In this document: positions 49,340-62,797 of the stretch, piece by piece
Position numbering within the stretch: position 1 is the stretch's first letter
Layout of the letters: each line of letters starts with the position of its first letter
Assembly: GCA_002269645.1 (NCBI GenBank)
Contig: NIVC01003091.1
Span: 1-64,000 of the forward strand
Direction: 5' to 3'
Length of the DNA stretch: 64,000 nucleotides
Origin: Macrostomum lignano
Taxonomy: Eukaryota
The notes under the pieces: generated by a model
Told to the model about the DNA's origin: nothing
The model's input: only the letters and a program-made list of their open reading frames with translations
The model's database searches: none
Made by a program: the position numbers and the translations under genes

Positions 49340-52300
49340 CCGTCTGTCTGTCTGTCTGTCTGCCTGCCTGTCTGTCTGTCTCTGTCTGTCTGTCTGTCTT
49401 TGTCCTAGTGTGTCTGTTCCTCTCATACTGCCTGTCCATCTATCTTTGTCCTAGTGTGTCTGTTCCTCTCATATTTCCTGTCTGTCCGTCTGTCTTTGTC
49501 CTAGTGTGTCTGTTCCTCTCATATTGCCTGTCTGTCCGTCTATCTTTGTCCTAGTGTGTCTGTCCCTCTCATATTGCCTGTCTGTCCGTCTGTCTTTGTC
49601 CTAGTGTGTCTGTCCCTCTCATATTGCCTGTCTGTCCGTCCCCCACTGACACAGAGTGAGCTCATCAGCACACGGTGGCCTCACCATGTTAGCCGAGGCC
49701 GACTGCAGACCTGCAGTCTGCTGGTGAGCATGATGCTGATGACTGATAGCCTGCAGTACGGCCACACCCTGCCGCCGAGTACAGAAATACGTGCCCTCCC
49801 CTGGTAGGCAGCCGACGCCAAGCAGGCGATCGCCAGTCTGCGACAGCATCAGCTTGGCGTGCAGCTGGCCAGTGAAGCCATCGATAGCCAGCAGGGCTGT
49901 CGGTGCGCACAGCAGCAGCACGGGACTCGCTAGCAGCTGGTCGGTAGCTCGAAGACAGGGCAACTGTTGATCGATGTCGCTTAGAAGCTGGTCGCCTAGT
50001 AACAACAAATGAGTCAGGGCGCCGCTTGACGGGTCGACCTGCGTGTGAGAAGATTGGATGGCTTATAAATTCAACTTTAAGGTTCATTTCTTTCACTGCA
50101 TCCTACTTGGTTAGTGTCCATAACCCGGACACTTAATTCCTATATATTTTAATGTCCATAGCTTGGACACCCACATACGTCCCCTAGATACATACTCCTG
50201 TCTTGTCCATAATTCAGACACTCAAAGATCGAGATCGATCCCCACAATACACATTCTTGGACATAGCTCGGACACTCACCGATCCCCAAAATACACATTC
50301 TTGGACATAGCTCGGACACTCACCGATCCCAAAAATACACATTCTTGGGCATAGCTCGGACACTCACCGATCCCCAAAATACACATTCTTGGACATAGCT
50401 CGGACACTCACCGATCCCAAAAATACACAATCTTGGGCATAGCTCGGACACTCACCGATTCCAAAAATACACATTCTTGGACATAGCTCGGACACTCACC
50501 GATCCCCAAAATACACATTCTTGGACATAGCTCGGACACTCACCGATCCCCAAAATACACATTCTTGGACATAGCTCGGACACTCACCGATCCCCAAAAT
50601 ACACATTCTTGGACATAGCTCGGACACTCACCGATCCCAAAAATACACATTCTTGGGCATAGCTCGGACACTCACCGATCCCAAAAATACACATTCTTGG
50701 ACATAGCTCGGACACTCACCGATCCCCAAAATACACATTCTTGGGCATAGCTCGGACACTCACCGATCCCAAAAATACACATTCTTGGGCATAGCTCGGA
50801 CACTCACCGATTCCAAAAATACACATTCTTGGACATAGCTCGGACACTCACCGATCCCCAAAATACACATTCTTGGACATAGCTCGGACACTCACCGATC
50901 CCCAAAATACACATTCTTGGACATAGCTCGGACACTCACCGATCCCCAAAATACACATTCTTGGACATAGCTCGGACACTCACCGATCCCCAAAATACAC
51001 ATTCTTGGGCATAGCTCGGACACTCACCGATCCCAAAAATACACATTCTTGGACATAGCTCGGACACTCACCGATCCCCAAAATACACATTCTTAGGCAT
51101 AGCTCGGACACTCACCGATCCCCAAAATACACATTCTTGGGCATAGCTCGGACACTCACCGATCCCCAAAATACACATTCTTGGACATAGCTCGGACACT
51201 CATTGATCCCCAAAATACACATTCTTGGGCATAGCTCGGACACTCACCGATCCCCAAATTACACATTCTTGGACATAGCTCGGACACTCACCGATCCCAA
51301 AAATACACATTCTTGGACATAGCTCGGACACTCACCGATCCCAAAAATACACATTCTTGGACATAGCTCGGACACTCACCGATCCCCAAAATACACATTC
51401 CCGGCCATAGCTCGGACACTCACCGATCCCCAAAATACACATTCTTGGACATAGCTCGGACACTCACCGATCCCCAAAATACACATTCTTGGACATAGCT
51501 CGGACACTCACCGATCCCAAAAATACACATTCTTGGACATAGCTCGGACACTCACCGATCCCCAAAATACACATTCCCGGCCATAGCTCGGACACTCACC
51601 GATCCCCAAAATACACATTCCCGGCCATAGCTCGGACACTCACCTGAACACAGACGATGGCATTATTACCAGAGTCGTTGCCAGACCCAATCGAAGCCGA
51701 ACAAGCCACCCACAGGTGGTTAGTGTCCTGGGTTATCTCTAAATCTAAAAGGTGCACAGACGAGCAGGCTAACTGTCGACTAGAAGCTAATTCGCTGGCA
51801 ACTAGCCTAGCAACTGGCAGGCTGCCAAGATGGGTCTCCGTGGGGGGCTGGCCGCCACCGCTGCCACCGCCGCCAAAGTCAAGACGCCAGCGCTCTACCT
51901 AGGGAGGGCGGAAAGGCGATTTTATGGGTGATTTTGGGGCGGTTCTTATAGGGTGACTTGGCGATTCTCGTGTAGTGAATGGGCGATTCTCAGAGTGAAT
52001 GGGCAATTCTTGTGTAGTGAATGGGCGATTCTCATGGAGTGAATGTGCGATTCTCATAGAGTGAATGGGCGATTCTCATAGAGTGAATGTGCGATTCTCA
52101 TGGAGTGAATGGGCGATTCTCATAGAGTGAATAGGCGATTCTCAGAGTGAATGTGCGATTCTCATAGAGTGAATAGGCGATTCTCAGAGTGAATGGGCGA
52201 TTCTCATGGAGTGAATGTGCGATTCTCAGAGTGAATAGGCGATTCTCAGAGTGAATGGGCGATTCTCATAGAGTGAATTGGCAATTCTCATGGAGTGAAT

Positions 52301-53348
52301 GGGCGATTCTCATAGAGTGAATTGGCAATTCTCATAGAGTGAATAGACAATTCTCATAGTGTGAATGGGCGATTCTCATGTAGTGAATGGGCGATTCTCA
52401 TGGAGTGAATGGGCGATTCTATTATAGTGAATGGGCGATTCTCATGGAGTGAATTGGCGATTCTATTATAGTGACTGGGTGATTCTCATGGAGTGAATTC
52501 GCGATTCTCGTGTAGTGAATGGGCGATTCCTAAAGAGTGAATGGTCGATTCTCATAGAGTGAATGGGCGATTCTCATAGAGCGAATGGGCGATTCTCATT
52601 GAGGGAATGGGTGATTATTCATGACTCAGCGACACTCACCTGCCCCCCGGTGCCCAAAAGGTGAACAAAACAGCGCGCCCCGCCGGCGCCACCGTCAAGC
52701 GGTTCAACGCTCAGCCGGAAAGCGCCAACGCCGGGTGCCGAAGCGGCCGGGTCGCCGAAACCGCCGGCAGCTCCGGCGCCGCCCCCAGTCCCGGCGCCGC
52801 TGCCGTACACAAAAGCGGACACTCTCCGACCAATGCCGGCCAGATAGGATCGACTCCGGACAAGCGACCGACAGGAGAGGCTGTCCGGCCGGCAGGATAC
52901 GAGATGAAGCGAACCGCCGGAGGCTGTGCTCAATAGGCAGTGTCGGCCCCAGACGTGCCTGCCATATTTACGTAGTTTCTACTGTTAGTAGTGCAGTTAA
53001 TAAACAAAATAATATCTACTTTTAAACTAAATTATATATTGATGTCTATCTATCTGTTTATCTATCAATCAATATATCTGTCTATCTGTCTGTCTGTCTA
53101 TCAATCAATCAATCAATCTATCTGTCTATCTGTCTATCAATCAATCAATCAATCTATCTATCTGTCAATCAATAAATCAATCAATTAATCAACCAACCAA
53201 GCTATCTGTCTATCTATCTATCTGTTTATCAATCAATCAACCAAGCTATCTAACAATCAATCAATCGATCAATCAATCAATTAAACTATCTCTCTATCTA
53301 CATGTATCTACCTATCTATCTATCTATCTATCTATCTATATATCTATA

Positions 53349-53390
<42 letters not shown>

Positions 53391-56300
53391 AGAAACCGTA
53401 CAATATAATAAAGACAATGAAAAGCCTAAAGGTGATAAAGCTATCAAAGCATGCCATGCGTTTGTCCCCGCCCTCACCTGAGCTGGGAGCACTGCTCGCC
53501 GCGCAGCTGCTGCATCTGATGCTCGCAGTAGCTGGCAGGCTGCCCGATTGACGGCCAGTAATACAGCAGGCCGCCAGGGCTGGCGGAGAGGCAGCCGGCG
53601 ATGGCTGCTGATGAATCTACGGCAGCTGCTGATGACGAGTCGGCCACGACTACTCCGCTGCTTGTCAGGGTTGGAGTCTGGGAGGGGGGGTCAAAGAGAG
53701 GTCAAAGATAGAGAAAGGATTATGCACGTATACCGTAATTAAATTAAAAACAGGCAACAATACACAATGAAAGGATGCAAAGAGAGAATAAGCACAAGAG
53801 TGGAGAATAAACACAAGAATGGAGAATAAACACAAGAATGGAGAATAAACACACAGACAGAATTAGGACAGAAAATGAACACATAAGCAAGAACGGGAGA
53901 ATAAACACACCAAGAACGGGAGAATAAACACACAATAACAGGGGAATAAACACACAAGAACGGGAGAATAAACACACAAGAACGGGAGAATAAACACACC
54001 AAGAACGGGAGAATAAACACACAATAACAGGGGAATAAACACACAAGAACGGGAGAATAAACACACAAGAACGGGAGAATAAACACACCAAGAACGGGAG
54101 AATAAACACACAATAACAGGGGAATAAACACACCAAGAACGGGAGAATAAACACCCCAAGAACGGGAGAATAAACACTGCAAGAACGGGAGAATAAACAC
54201 ACCAAGAACGGGAGAATAAACACACCAAGAACGGGAGAATTAACACACCAAGAACGGGAGAATAAACACACAATAACAGGGGAATAAACACACAAGAACG
54301 GGAGAATAAACACACAAGAACGGGAGAATAAACACACCAAGAACGGGAGAATAAACACACAATAACAGGGGAATAAACACACCAAGAACGGGAGAATAAA
54401 CACTGCATGAACAGGAGAATAAACACACAATAACAGGGGAATAAACACACCAAGAACGGGAGAATAAACACCCCAAGAACGGGAGAATAAACACTGCAAG
54501 AACGGGAGAATAAACACACCAAGAACGGGAGAATAAACACACCAAGAACGGGAGAATAAACACACCAAGAACGGGAGAATAAACACACCAAGAACGGGAG
54601 AATAAACACACCAAGAACGGGAGAATAAACACACAATAACAGGGGAATAAACACACCAAGAACGGGAGAATAAACACTGCATGAACGGGAGAATAAACAC
54701 ACAATAACAGGGGAATAAACACACCAAGAACGGGAGAATAAACACACCAAGAACGGGAGAATAAACACTGCAAGAACGGGAGAATAAACACACCAAGAAC
54801 GGGAGAATAAACACTGCAAGAACGGGAGAATAAACACACCAAGAACGGGAGAATAAACACACCAAGAACGGGAGAATAGACACACCAAGAACGGGAGAAT
54901 AAACACACCAAGAACGGGAGAATAAACATACCAAGAACGGGAGAATAAACACACAATAACAGGGGAATAAACACACCAAGAACGGGAGAATAAACACTGC
55001 ATGAACGGGAGAATAAACACACAATAACAGGGGAATAAACACACCAAGAACGGGAGAATAAACACACCAAGAACGGGAGAATAAACACTGCAAGAACGGG
55101 AGAATAAACACACCAAGAACGGGAGAATAAACACACCAAGAACGGGAGAATAAACACACCAAGAACGGGAGAATAAACACACAAGAACGGGAGAATAAAC
55201 ACACCAAGAACGGGAGAATAAACACACCAAGAACGGGAGAAAAAACACACCAAGAACGGGAGAAAAAACACACAAGAACGGGAGAATAAACACACAAGAA
55301 CGGGAGAATAAACACACAAGAACGGGAGAATAAACACACAAGAACGGGAGAATAAACACTGCAAGAACGGGAGAATAAACACACAATAACAGGAGAATAA
55401 ACACGCAAGAACGGGAGAATAAACACACCAAGAACGGGAGAATAAACACACTAAGAACGGGAGAATAAACACACCAAGAACGGGAGAATAAACACACAAT
55501 AACAGGGAAATAACACACCAAGAACGGGAGAAAAAACACACAAGAACGGGAGAATAAACACTGCAAGAACGGGAGAATAAACACACAAGAACGGGAGAAT
55601 AAACACACAAGAACGGGAGAATAAACACTGCAAGAACGGGAGAATAAACACACAATAACAGGGGAATAAACACACCAAGAACGGGAGAATAAACACACCA
55701 AGAACGGGAGAATAAACACACTAAGAACGGGAGAATAAACACACCAAGAACGGGAGAATAAACACACAATAACAGGAGAATAAACACTGCAAGAACGGGA
55801 GAATAAACACACCAAGAACGGGAGAATAAACACACTAAGAACGGGAGAATAAACACACCAATAACGGGAGAATAAACACACCAAGAACGGGAGAATAAAC
55901 ACACAATAACAGGGGAATAAACACACCAAGAACGGGAGAATAAACACACCAAGAACGGGAGAATAAACACACAATAACAGGGAAATAAACACACAAGAAC
56001 GGGAGAATAAAAACACCAAGAACGGGATAATAAACACACAATAACAGGAGAATAAACACACAATAACAGGGAAATAAACACCAAGAACGGGAGAATAAAC
56101 ACACAATAACAGGGAAATAAACACACAAGAACGGGAGAATAAACACTGCAAGAACCGGAGAATAAACACACTACTGTGAGAATAAACAATACAAAGAGAA
56201 GATAGACACAAAAGAACGGAATAATAAACACACGAGAGAAGAAATAGAAAAGTAACTAAGAAAAACAATATAGAAATACAATAGAATACAAAACAACAGT

Positions 56301-56708
56301 AGAAATACAATATCAATTAAAACGTAAAGCATAGCATAAACAAAATTAGAATAGCTGGGACCTCACCAGAAGCAAATCGACCAATTCAGCTCGATGAGCC
56401 AGATCAGACACGCACAGAGGCAACTCTCGACAGATGAGAGGTAGCGGCCGACTAGTAACCGATCCCGACACTGCAACAGTCTGCCTGCCGCGCCAGACGT
56501 ACAGACTGCGGCCAAGAACCATACTGGCCCAGCCGCGCCTGTGCAATCGAACACTGCACGGCTTGCCGCGATTCTCCGCTGAGCGAATCGCCTCGGCAAC
56601 TAATACGGGAAAACCGCTGCCGCTGCCGCCAGAAGTTGAGCCTGATGGCAACGCTTGCAATTGGCCAGAATCTTCTTCTAACATCTGGCTCAAGTTGGCT
56701 GATTGCAT
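45733..56708 (-). CDS. NUP133: Nucleoporin Nup133; exons 56708-56367, 53677-53478, 52958-52640, 51898-51644, 50038-49685, 49006-48275, 48047-47656, 47174-46627, 46265-45733 (~1224 aa)
   Basis: Eight GT-AG introns with matching phases (0,2,0,0,0,0,2,1); total 3675 nt. Nup133-like motifs [93 protein letters not shown] further 5' exon is possible. Confidence 0.88.
46405..46620. repeat. 28-bp repeat GCCCAGCAACTGAGGATCTGGGAGGCTG in last Nup133 intron
   Basis: Period 28 (46441 to 46469). Confidence 0.92.
47215..47650. repeat. (GACA)n microsatellite, Nup133 intron
   Basis: Direct reading; a related (TCTG)n tract lies at 49255-49640. Confidence 0.95.
48130..48274. repeat. 22-bp repeat TATCTCACACACAATCCCATGG starting at a Nup133 donor
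   Basis: On the minus strand the array begins at GAG|GTGTGTGAGATACC (48274). Confidence 0.9.
50255..51643. repeat. 44-bp minisatellite, ~31 copies, each containing GTGAGT on the minus strand
   Basis: Period 44 (50281 to 50325); the first unit starts at the donor CAG|GTGAGTGTCCGAGCTATG. Confidence 0.96.
51950..52615. repeat. ~20-22-bp repeat GGCGATTCTCATAGAGTGAATG
   Basis: Direct reading; fills Nup133 intron 3. Confidence 0.93.
53040..53390. repeat. (TCTA)/(TCAA) microsatellite
   Basis: Direct reading. Confidence 0.93.
53790..56170. repeat. 22-23-bp satellite AAGAACGGGAGAATAAACACACC, ~100 copies, Nup133 intron 1
   Basis: Direct reading; source of the spurious 560-817-aa [14 protein letters not shown] ORFs. 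Confidence 0.97.
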
Positions 56709-57241
56709 GGTTAAAGAAATTGAATGGCATAAATTAGCGTTTTAATAATTGGATATTTTAGGTAATGTATTAAAAATTGTAATGGGATTTTTTTAGCCAT
56801 AGTTGTAGCTCATGGATCATACATGCGCAACCCCCCTGATGTACACTGGCCGTGTGACTTACATTTTGACCCAAAATGCGACTTACCTATGAAAGAGGTA
56901 CCTAAATGCCACTTACCTAAACAAAATAAACGTAATCTTGGGTAAACGGCAGGAGTAAAAGTACTGTATTATTAAGGCTAAATTCCTCGTCATCTAATTA
57001 GTATTACGTTTGTAGTCTACCACAAAAAACCATCCAGTTGTCTCAGGAAAGCCTTTTTGTAACACAAGCAAGTCTACAAGTGTTTCCTCTGTTTTTCCTT
57101 TTTAACACATTTTTCTCCTATTCTATTCATTTATGTGCATGTGCAAGTATGTATAGAGTACTAGAGTATTAGTGTATACAATTCTACTGACACAATTAAA
57201 ACTCAAATTTTAGTAGAATTTCTGCCATTTAGCCTCTGAGG

Positions 57242-57476
57242 CATAGAAGACTGAATGCTTGTGCTGAACGAGGCCAGCTGCCCTTCTACCTTCTGAACTG
57301 GTTGCTTCATGAAGAGGACCATCTGGTCTTCATGGAAAGCAGACTGTTAGAACAAGGCGCTGCTTGACGAGTTGAATGACCAGCTTATCTTAAGTACCAG
57401 ATGAAGTTTGCTTCACTCTGGGCAGAGTACCAAAATTGGTCTGTGTACCACAACGCAGCTGCTACATGCCTGTAGC
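57242..57476 (+). mobile_element. Decayed Mutator-like (MULE) transposase C-terminal fragment
   Basis: HRRLNACAERGQLPFYLLNWLLHEEDHLV...YQMKFASLWAEY...TTTQLLHACS, with stops and a frameshift. Resembles the WHRRLN..LPFYLL..LLH.EA..W..Y..QLL.ACS tail of invertebrate MULE transposases (recalled from memory, not searched). Confidence 0.62.
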
Positions 57477-58558
57477 AAACTGAATGTGCTATGATGATTT
57501 CAGTAATAATGAATGTATACATGCTCTACCCAAAGAGCAATTGACAATCCATACTATTCATTTATGCTATACAAGCTTGTGTGTATATATGTAAAGGTCA
57601 AAAATTTATATATGCTATATACCTGCTACTCTACATGTACATATATATGTATACATGCATGTGCATGTAATTTTTCAAAACCAATAAAGTGCATATATAC
57701 TAAAGGCACAATTGTTTTCCTGATCTGACTTTGACTTTGTTTGTAAAGCAAAATTATAAGTAACTAACCATTTAGCTAGGTTTTCAATTAGAAAGTAGAC
57801 ATTTTAAGAATATATGATAGATGGGTATTTTTAAACTGTGTGAAGGATTTTAAATTTCCACCATTTCTATGGTAATGGTCATGGAGTTCTATACTAAAGA
57901 TTTGTTTGAATGTGCGGTGCACCTACTGTCCCCTCCTCTTATTGGTTTTGGTATAAATAGAAGCAAATTTTGCAGCCAGAGAGGCCAACTTCTTTTCTCT
58001 TTTCAACCAATCTTTTGGTTTAAAGTCAATTTGCCTAGAAAATTAAAGAGTTGTTTAGTCTTTTGCTGAAACTAAGAGTGAATGCTCATTGGACAGGTAG
58101 AAGTTACCAAGAGTACAAGATGAACAGTCTAACAGCCGATAGTGGACTTAAAAAGAGCAGAGGCATAATTTAGCCAATTGACAAGGGAGAAATATCCCAA
58201 TAGAACTATTCAAACTGAACAGCCAATGGGAAGTCATATGTGACCAGAGCAAATCTGTAAGAGGAAATTGAGATTCACTGGGCAACCTCAATCTATTGGA
58301 GGGCACTGCTTTAGGACTTAGTCACCTCTCCCTCTTCCCTAGCTAAATAATGTCTTGCTGCTCAGGCACTGCACGCTACTAGGGCAATCTGTGCTTATGT
58401 CAAAGCCTATAATCTCAAACTTGTGAAAACGTATCTTTACTATTACTAGTTTATAATAAATCTAATAGCTAATTTTGTGGAATTATAAAATTATAACAAT
58501 TGTTACCCTATAACAACTTAGTGTCAGCATTAAGATAAAAGTGTTTTAACTATACTAG

Positions 58559-58858
58559 CATACATGCGCAACAGTCGGCCAAGATGGTCGATCCGGCTGA
58601 CTGATTTGGTAGCCAACCAAGGAAGTCGCAAAAATGCCCACCTGAAAAAATACCCAAGTAATAAAACTAAGTAGCTGACAAGGCATTTTGGCTTAATAAG
58701 ACAGTCATAAATACTCCTGCCATTTATCCAAAGTTGCGTTAATTTTGCTTTAGGGTTTTTTTTACATGTAAGTCGCATTTTTGGCCAAAAACTACGTCGC
58801 ATTTTTGTTGAAACTAAATTGCATGGACAATCAAAATTTTGGAGGTTGCGCATGTATG
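58559..58858. mobile_element. 300-bp MITE with perfect 14-bp TIR and 8-bp TSD (hAT- or P-like)
   Basis: CATACATGCGCAAC ... GTTGCGCATGTATG; TATACTAG at 58551-58558 and 58859-58866. An identical terminus also occurs at 56818-56831. Confidence 0.9.
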
Positions 58859-59687
58859 TATACTAGACCAGTAACAACTTGGTAATTGCAGTGGAATTTA
58901 TAGAATAATAAACCCCCCCCTAGAACAACTTGGTGACACAGTGGGATAGAATACAATAATAGTAAAAAGGCCTACAACATATATATGTACATTTAATTTT
59001 GCTAGATGCATTTAAGGATTCTTAAAACTATTCCTATTTAAACTAAAGAAATAAGGTCTTCAGAATTCAATATCTGAAATACCTAGATAAAAAAACATGC
59101 TAACCTTTCCAACCAAGTCAAAAATATATTTCAATGGTTTGTTTTTTTTTCTTTGGTAATATATACTTAGTATCTTGGCATAGAACTCTAGCCATTGCCT
59201 AGGCCTAGTATCTTACGACTTACAGATTAGCTAAATATGAGATTATGGAATACAATTGAAATTCAATATGAATTAAAATATAATTTTGAACATACGAGTG
59301 GACTGACTAGGCCTAGGCCTATTCTGCATTAAGAAAATACAAAAAAGTTGCAATTTTAGTAATTTTAAGCACTTAATTTTTAGTTGTAGGTAGTAAGTAA
59401 AAACTAGGTCTAGGCCTATTAAAATTCAAATATATAAAGTTAAATAAACTATAGGCCTATTATATTATTCACTGAAGTGGTCATTGCATTTGCCAAAGTG
59501 GATTCTCTGAAATAGTCTTTTGCCAAAATGGCCTTTGCCATAGTGGGCTTTCGCCGAAATGGACTGAAACCCTATGACTAAAGAAAGTTTAAAAATTTAA
59601 AATTAGTAGAAAAAAATATACAAGTTTAAATGTTTCATAACAAACTTTACTAAAAAAGCTATACACTGTCAAGGTAGGCCTAGTCAA

Positions 59688-60527
59688 GGTATCCACACTT
59701 TTTGGTGCTTGTGCTTTTAGGTGCCTGTCATTTTGGTGCCCTGCCCCTAGCTTGCTTTTCAGTGCCCAAATTATACATTAGAATTGGACACAAAATATAG
59801 AGATTGAGCCCTAATTTAGCAGTAAGTGCTTTGTCTTTGCAGTACTTATTTACTTTAAAAAAAGGTATTAAGTATTTTTCATTTAGTTAAGCTGACCTGT
59901 TTTAATTCAAAAAATGGTTTTCGATTAGGCCTAGTTCGATTCGATTTACTTCCATGTCGCTATAGCCGCGCGTCTCAGCCGCGTCAAAATTTTAAACTAA
60001 TGTCCCAAATGCGCTTGTAATAAAATCTTATAGATTATGGTCCAATAGTTATGCCCAAAAAGATTTCAGTTCATTAAATAATACTCGCTTCATTTCCTTG
60101 GCAGTTTTATGAAATAAACATGATCGGGTGATTCAAAAAATCAATACTAACTAAAATACATGTCACATTGACTTGTCACACTTCATAATTTCGATCAAAA
60201 CTACATGTAGCATCATTAATGGATTTCAACTTTCCTAACTACGTCTTCATAGCACTAGAACGCTTGCTGAGTGCAGCCTTGTATTATACAGCAGGATACA
60301 GCAAATGTATGCAATTAAATTGAACGGACTTTTCCAATTTACAGAAAGGTGCCAGTTAAACAAAATTAATACTGCTTTTATTAGGAACATCAAACGTTTT
60401 GTAAAGTATTTATTATATTTGTTATAGGATTTCTTTTTTATTATAATCAGTTTGGCGTCATATAAACTGGGGCACCGAAAAGCGATCTGGGGCACCGAAA
60501 TGCCGGGCACCGAAATGCATGGAAACC
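59688..60527. mobile_element. Possible MITE with imperfect GGT(A/T)TCCA...GGTGCC termini
   Basis: Left GGTATCCACACTTTTTGGTGCTTGTGCTTTTAGGTGCC vs reverse-complemented right GGTTTCCATGCATTTCGGTGCCCGGCATTTCGGTGCC. No convincing TSD. Confidence 0.42.
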
Positions 60528-62797
60528 GGAGTCTTGAAACATTAGATTAAAGAGTCAAACATTTAATAACTTTAGTTTTACATCTATTGTACAGGGGTTT
60601 TAAAAGTCGAAACGATTTTTCACGATATTTAAACCACGTTAAGCTGCAGTTATATGACAAAACTTTTGTTGTTGAGCATGCATGATGAGTACACGATGAC
60701 GGTGTCGTCGCGAAATTTATTTTAATCGGACCTTTGTAACATTTGATCTCGCGCTCTTCACTCTTACTCTAAACAAATTCTATTTTTTTTAATTCAAACT
60801 TAATGCTTCGCGCTACTTCATATATTGTACAAACTTATGCTCAAGTGACGACGATGTCATATATTACCCTTTTAATCTTTTTCTGAAATTCGAATATGTT
60901 GAATAGCTTTGAGATGTTCCTTCAGATCACTACTTCCTTCTTAAAAACCTCATCAAAGGCAATTTTGTATGTACATTATTTTTTACAGTCGCCGTGTAAC
61001 CTTCCATGATTATGAACGATGTTAGGTCCTTGAGTATGACAGGGCCGTGAGAAATTTCTTAATTGATATTACTGCTACGAATTTGATTATTTAGTAAATT
61101 AAAAAACGATGGAAGTCTTGTCAGAGTATTTTCACACAATATTGGCCAACACGCAAGACGACGCAGTCTGACAGTTGATAGATATTTGTGCAGCAAAAAA
61201 TGATTTTTTTATTCGAATGGTCGACTTTAATGGCCATACAGGAGTGTTGGCTAAGCTAAAGTATGAATTTAGTTTGATAATAAAAAAACAATACAAGTAT
61301 AACATTTTTGATAAAGTTTTTAATAACAGCTGGGGACAGACACCAAGGAAATGATTATTGTAGAATATAATAATAGACAAAATTGAAACTGGGGTCTCGC
61401 GAATTACAGGGAGATAGAATCAAAAGGGGAGACAATAAATTATTTAATTTCGTACAACAGCTGCCAACAAGCGCAATGGGTATTGGGAGAAAACAGTATC
61501 TAACTCAGCGCAAATTAAACAAAAGAAACGAAATACAAGATATAGACGGAAACAACAGATATAGACATGTTATTTTGGTATTTTATATACGTTAATTTTA
61601 ACCTGTCTTCTCACTATAGTATCTAGCTAATTATCAACAACGAAAAATAGAAGTTTTAATTTAACAAAGATGCAAAAATACGAAATACCCTTTGTCCCTA
61701 AGTAATAATTAGTAATAACCAACAATATCAATAATTAAATTTTAAAGTAATTCTTAAATATGATCTTGTTTTGCGACAAGAAACATCCTTGTATAGCTTA
61801 CCCATATATGAACTCTATACTCGTATTAACAAACAACATGTACGCGGTTATCCTATACTAATACAGAATGAAAAAAGTAAAATACAAAAATTAACCGGGC
61901 CAGACAACTTATACAATATGTATTTTTTTTAATATTGGGCAGATTATAACCATATGCTACTGTTATGTAGTTAGGTATATCAAAACTGCATGGCTTTTAC
62001 CACTAAATGTTAACATTCTTACTTTAAGTAGGCAGAAAATTAACCAATATTTTTATTTGCATTTTAACTGCAACTTAATTTTTTAATGTATTTGTAGCAG
62101 AGCCTCACCAACTATTAAACTAAACCCAATCTTTGACGCGTCTTTTACTTTCTGATACATTTTTTTAATAAAGCAACAAAGAAAAAAGAAAAAATAACAT
62201 AAAGATGTAAACGCATAACAATATGACGCAAACACAATAAAATAGTAATAGAAGTTTAAAAAGAACCAAAAAACAAATAACTAGAATTAACCAAACTTCA
62301 TTGTTACGGTACAAATACGACCTACTTACAATATCTGACCATTTGAAAACAATAAACGCGTTAAAAAAACACTTTAAGAAAACGCATTATAACAAAGACG
62401 TGCTAATAATACTACCAAGATTAACTGGTTTGGGCTACTACTTTACTAAATATATTAAACCGCGTTGACAACAATATATTTTTAAATTAAATAGATCAGT
62501 TAACAAAAACTGGCTGTTAATACTCGCATGCTCAGACTACAGAAACAGAAGCAAACATAATAGTGCAGCTTGGCTCTACAGACCTAAACAGATTAAAATA
62601 TTAATCACTTAAAACCTTTTGTTTTTACAGAAAAGTACACAAATATAAGAAAACCGTGACAGAGCAGGACAGATGGATAGGACAACAATTTTTTTAAATA
62701 AATTAAAACAAACCCAAATTAAAGTGTTTTCCAAATTCTTAAGTTTTTTGCAAATCACTTTTCAAAGGTTGAAGTTGTTTGTCTAGATTGCTTTTAT

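Noticed and set aside
53739-56316. Several 560-817-aa hydrophobic ORFs in all three minus frames
   Set aside because: Produced by a 22-23-bp satellite inside Nup133 intron 1; open in every frame.
60670-61060. Possible C/D-box snoRNAs (ATGATGA/ATGATTA motifs)
   Set aside because: No properly placed CTGA box D or terminal stem found.
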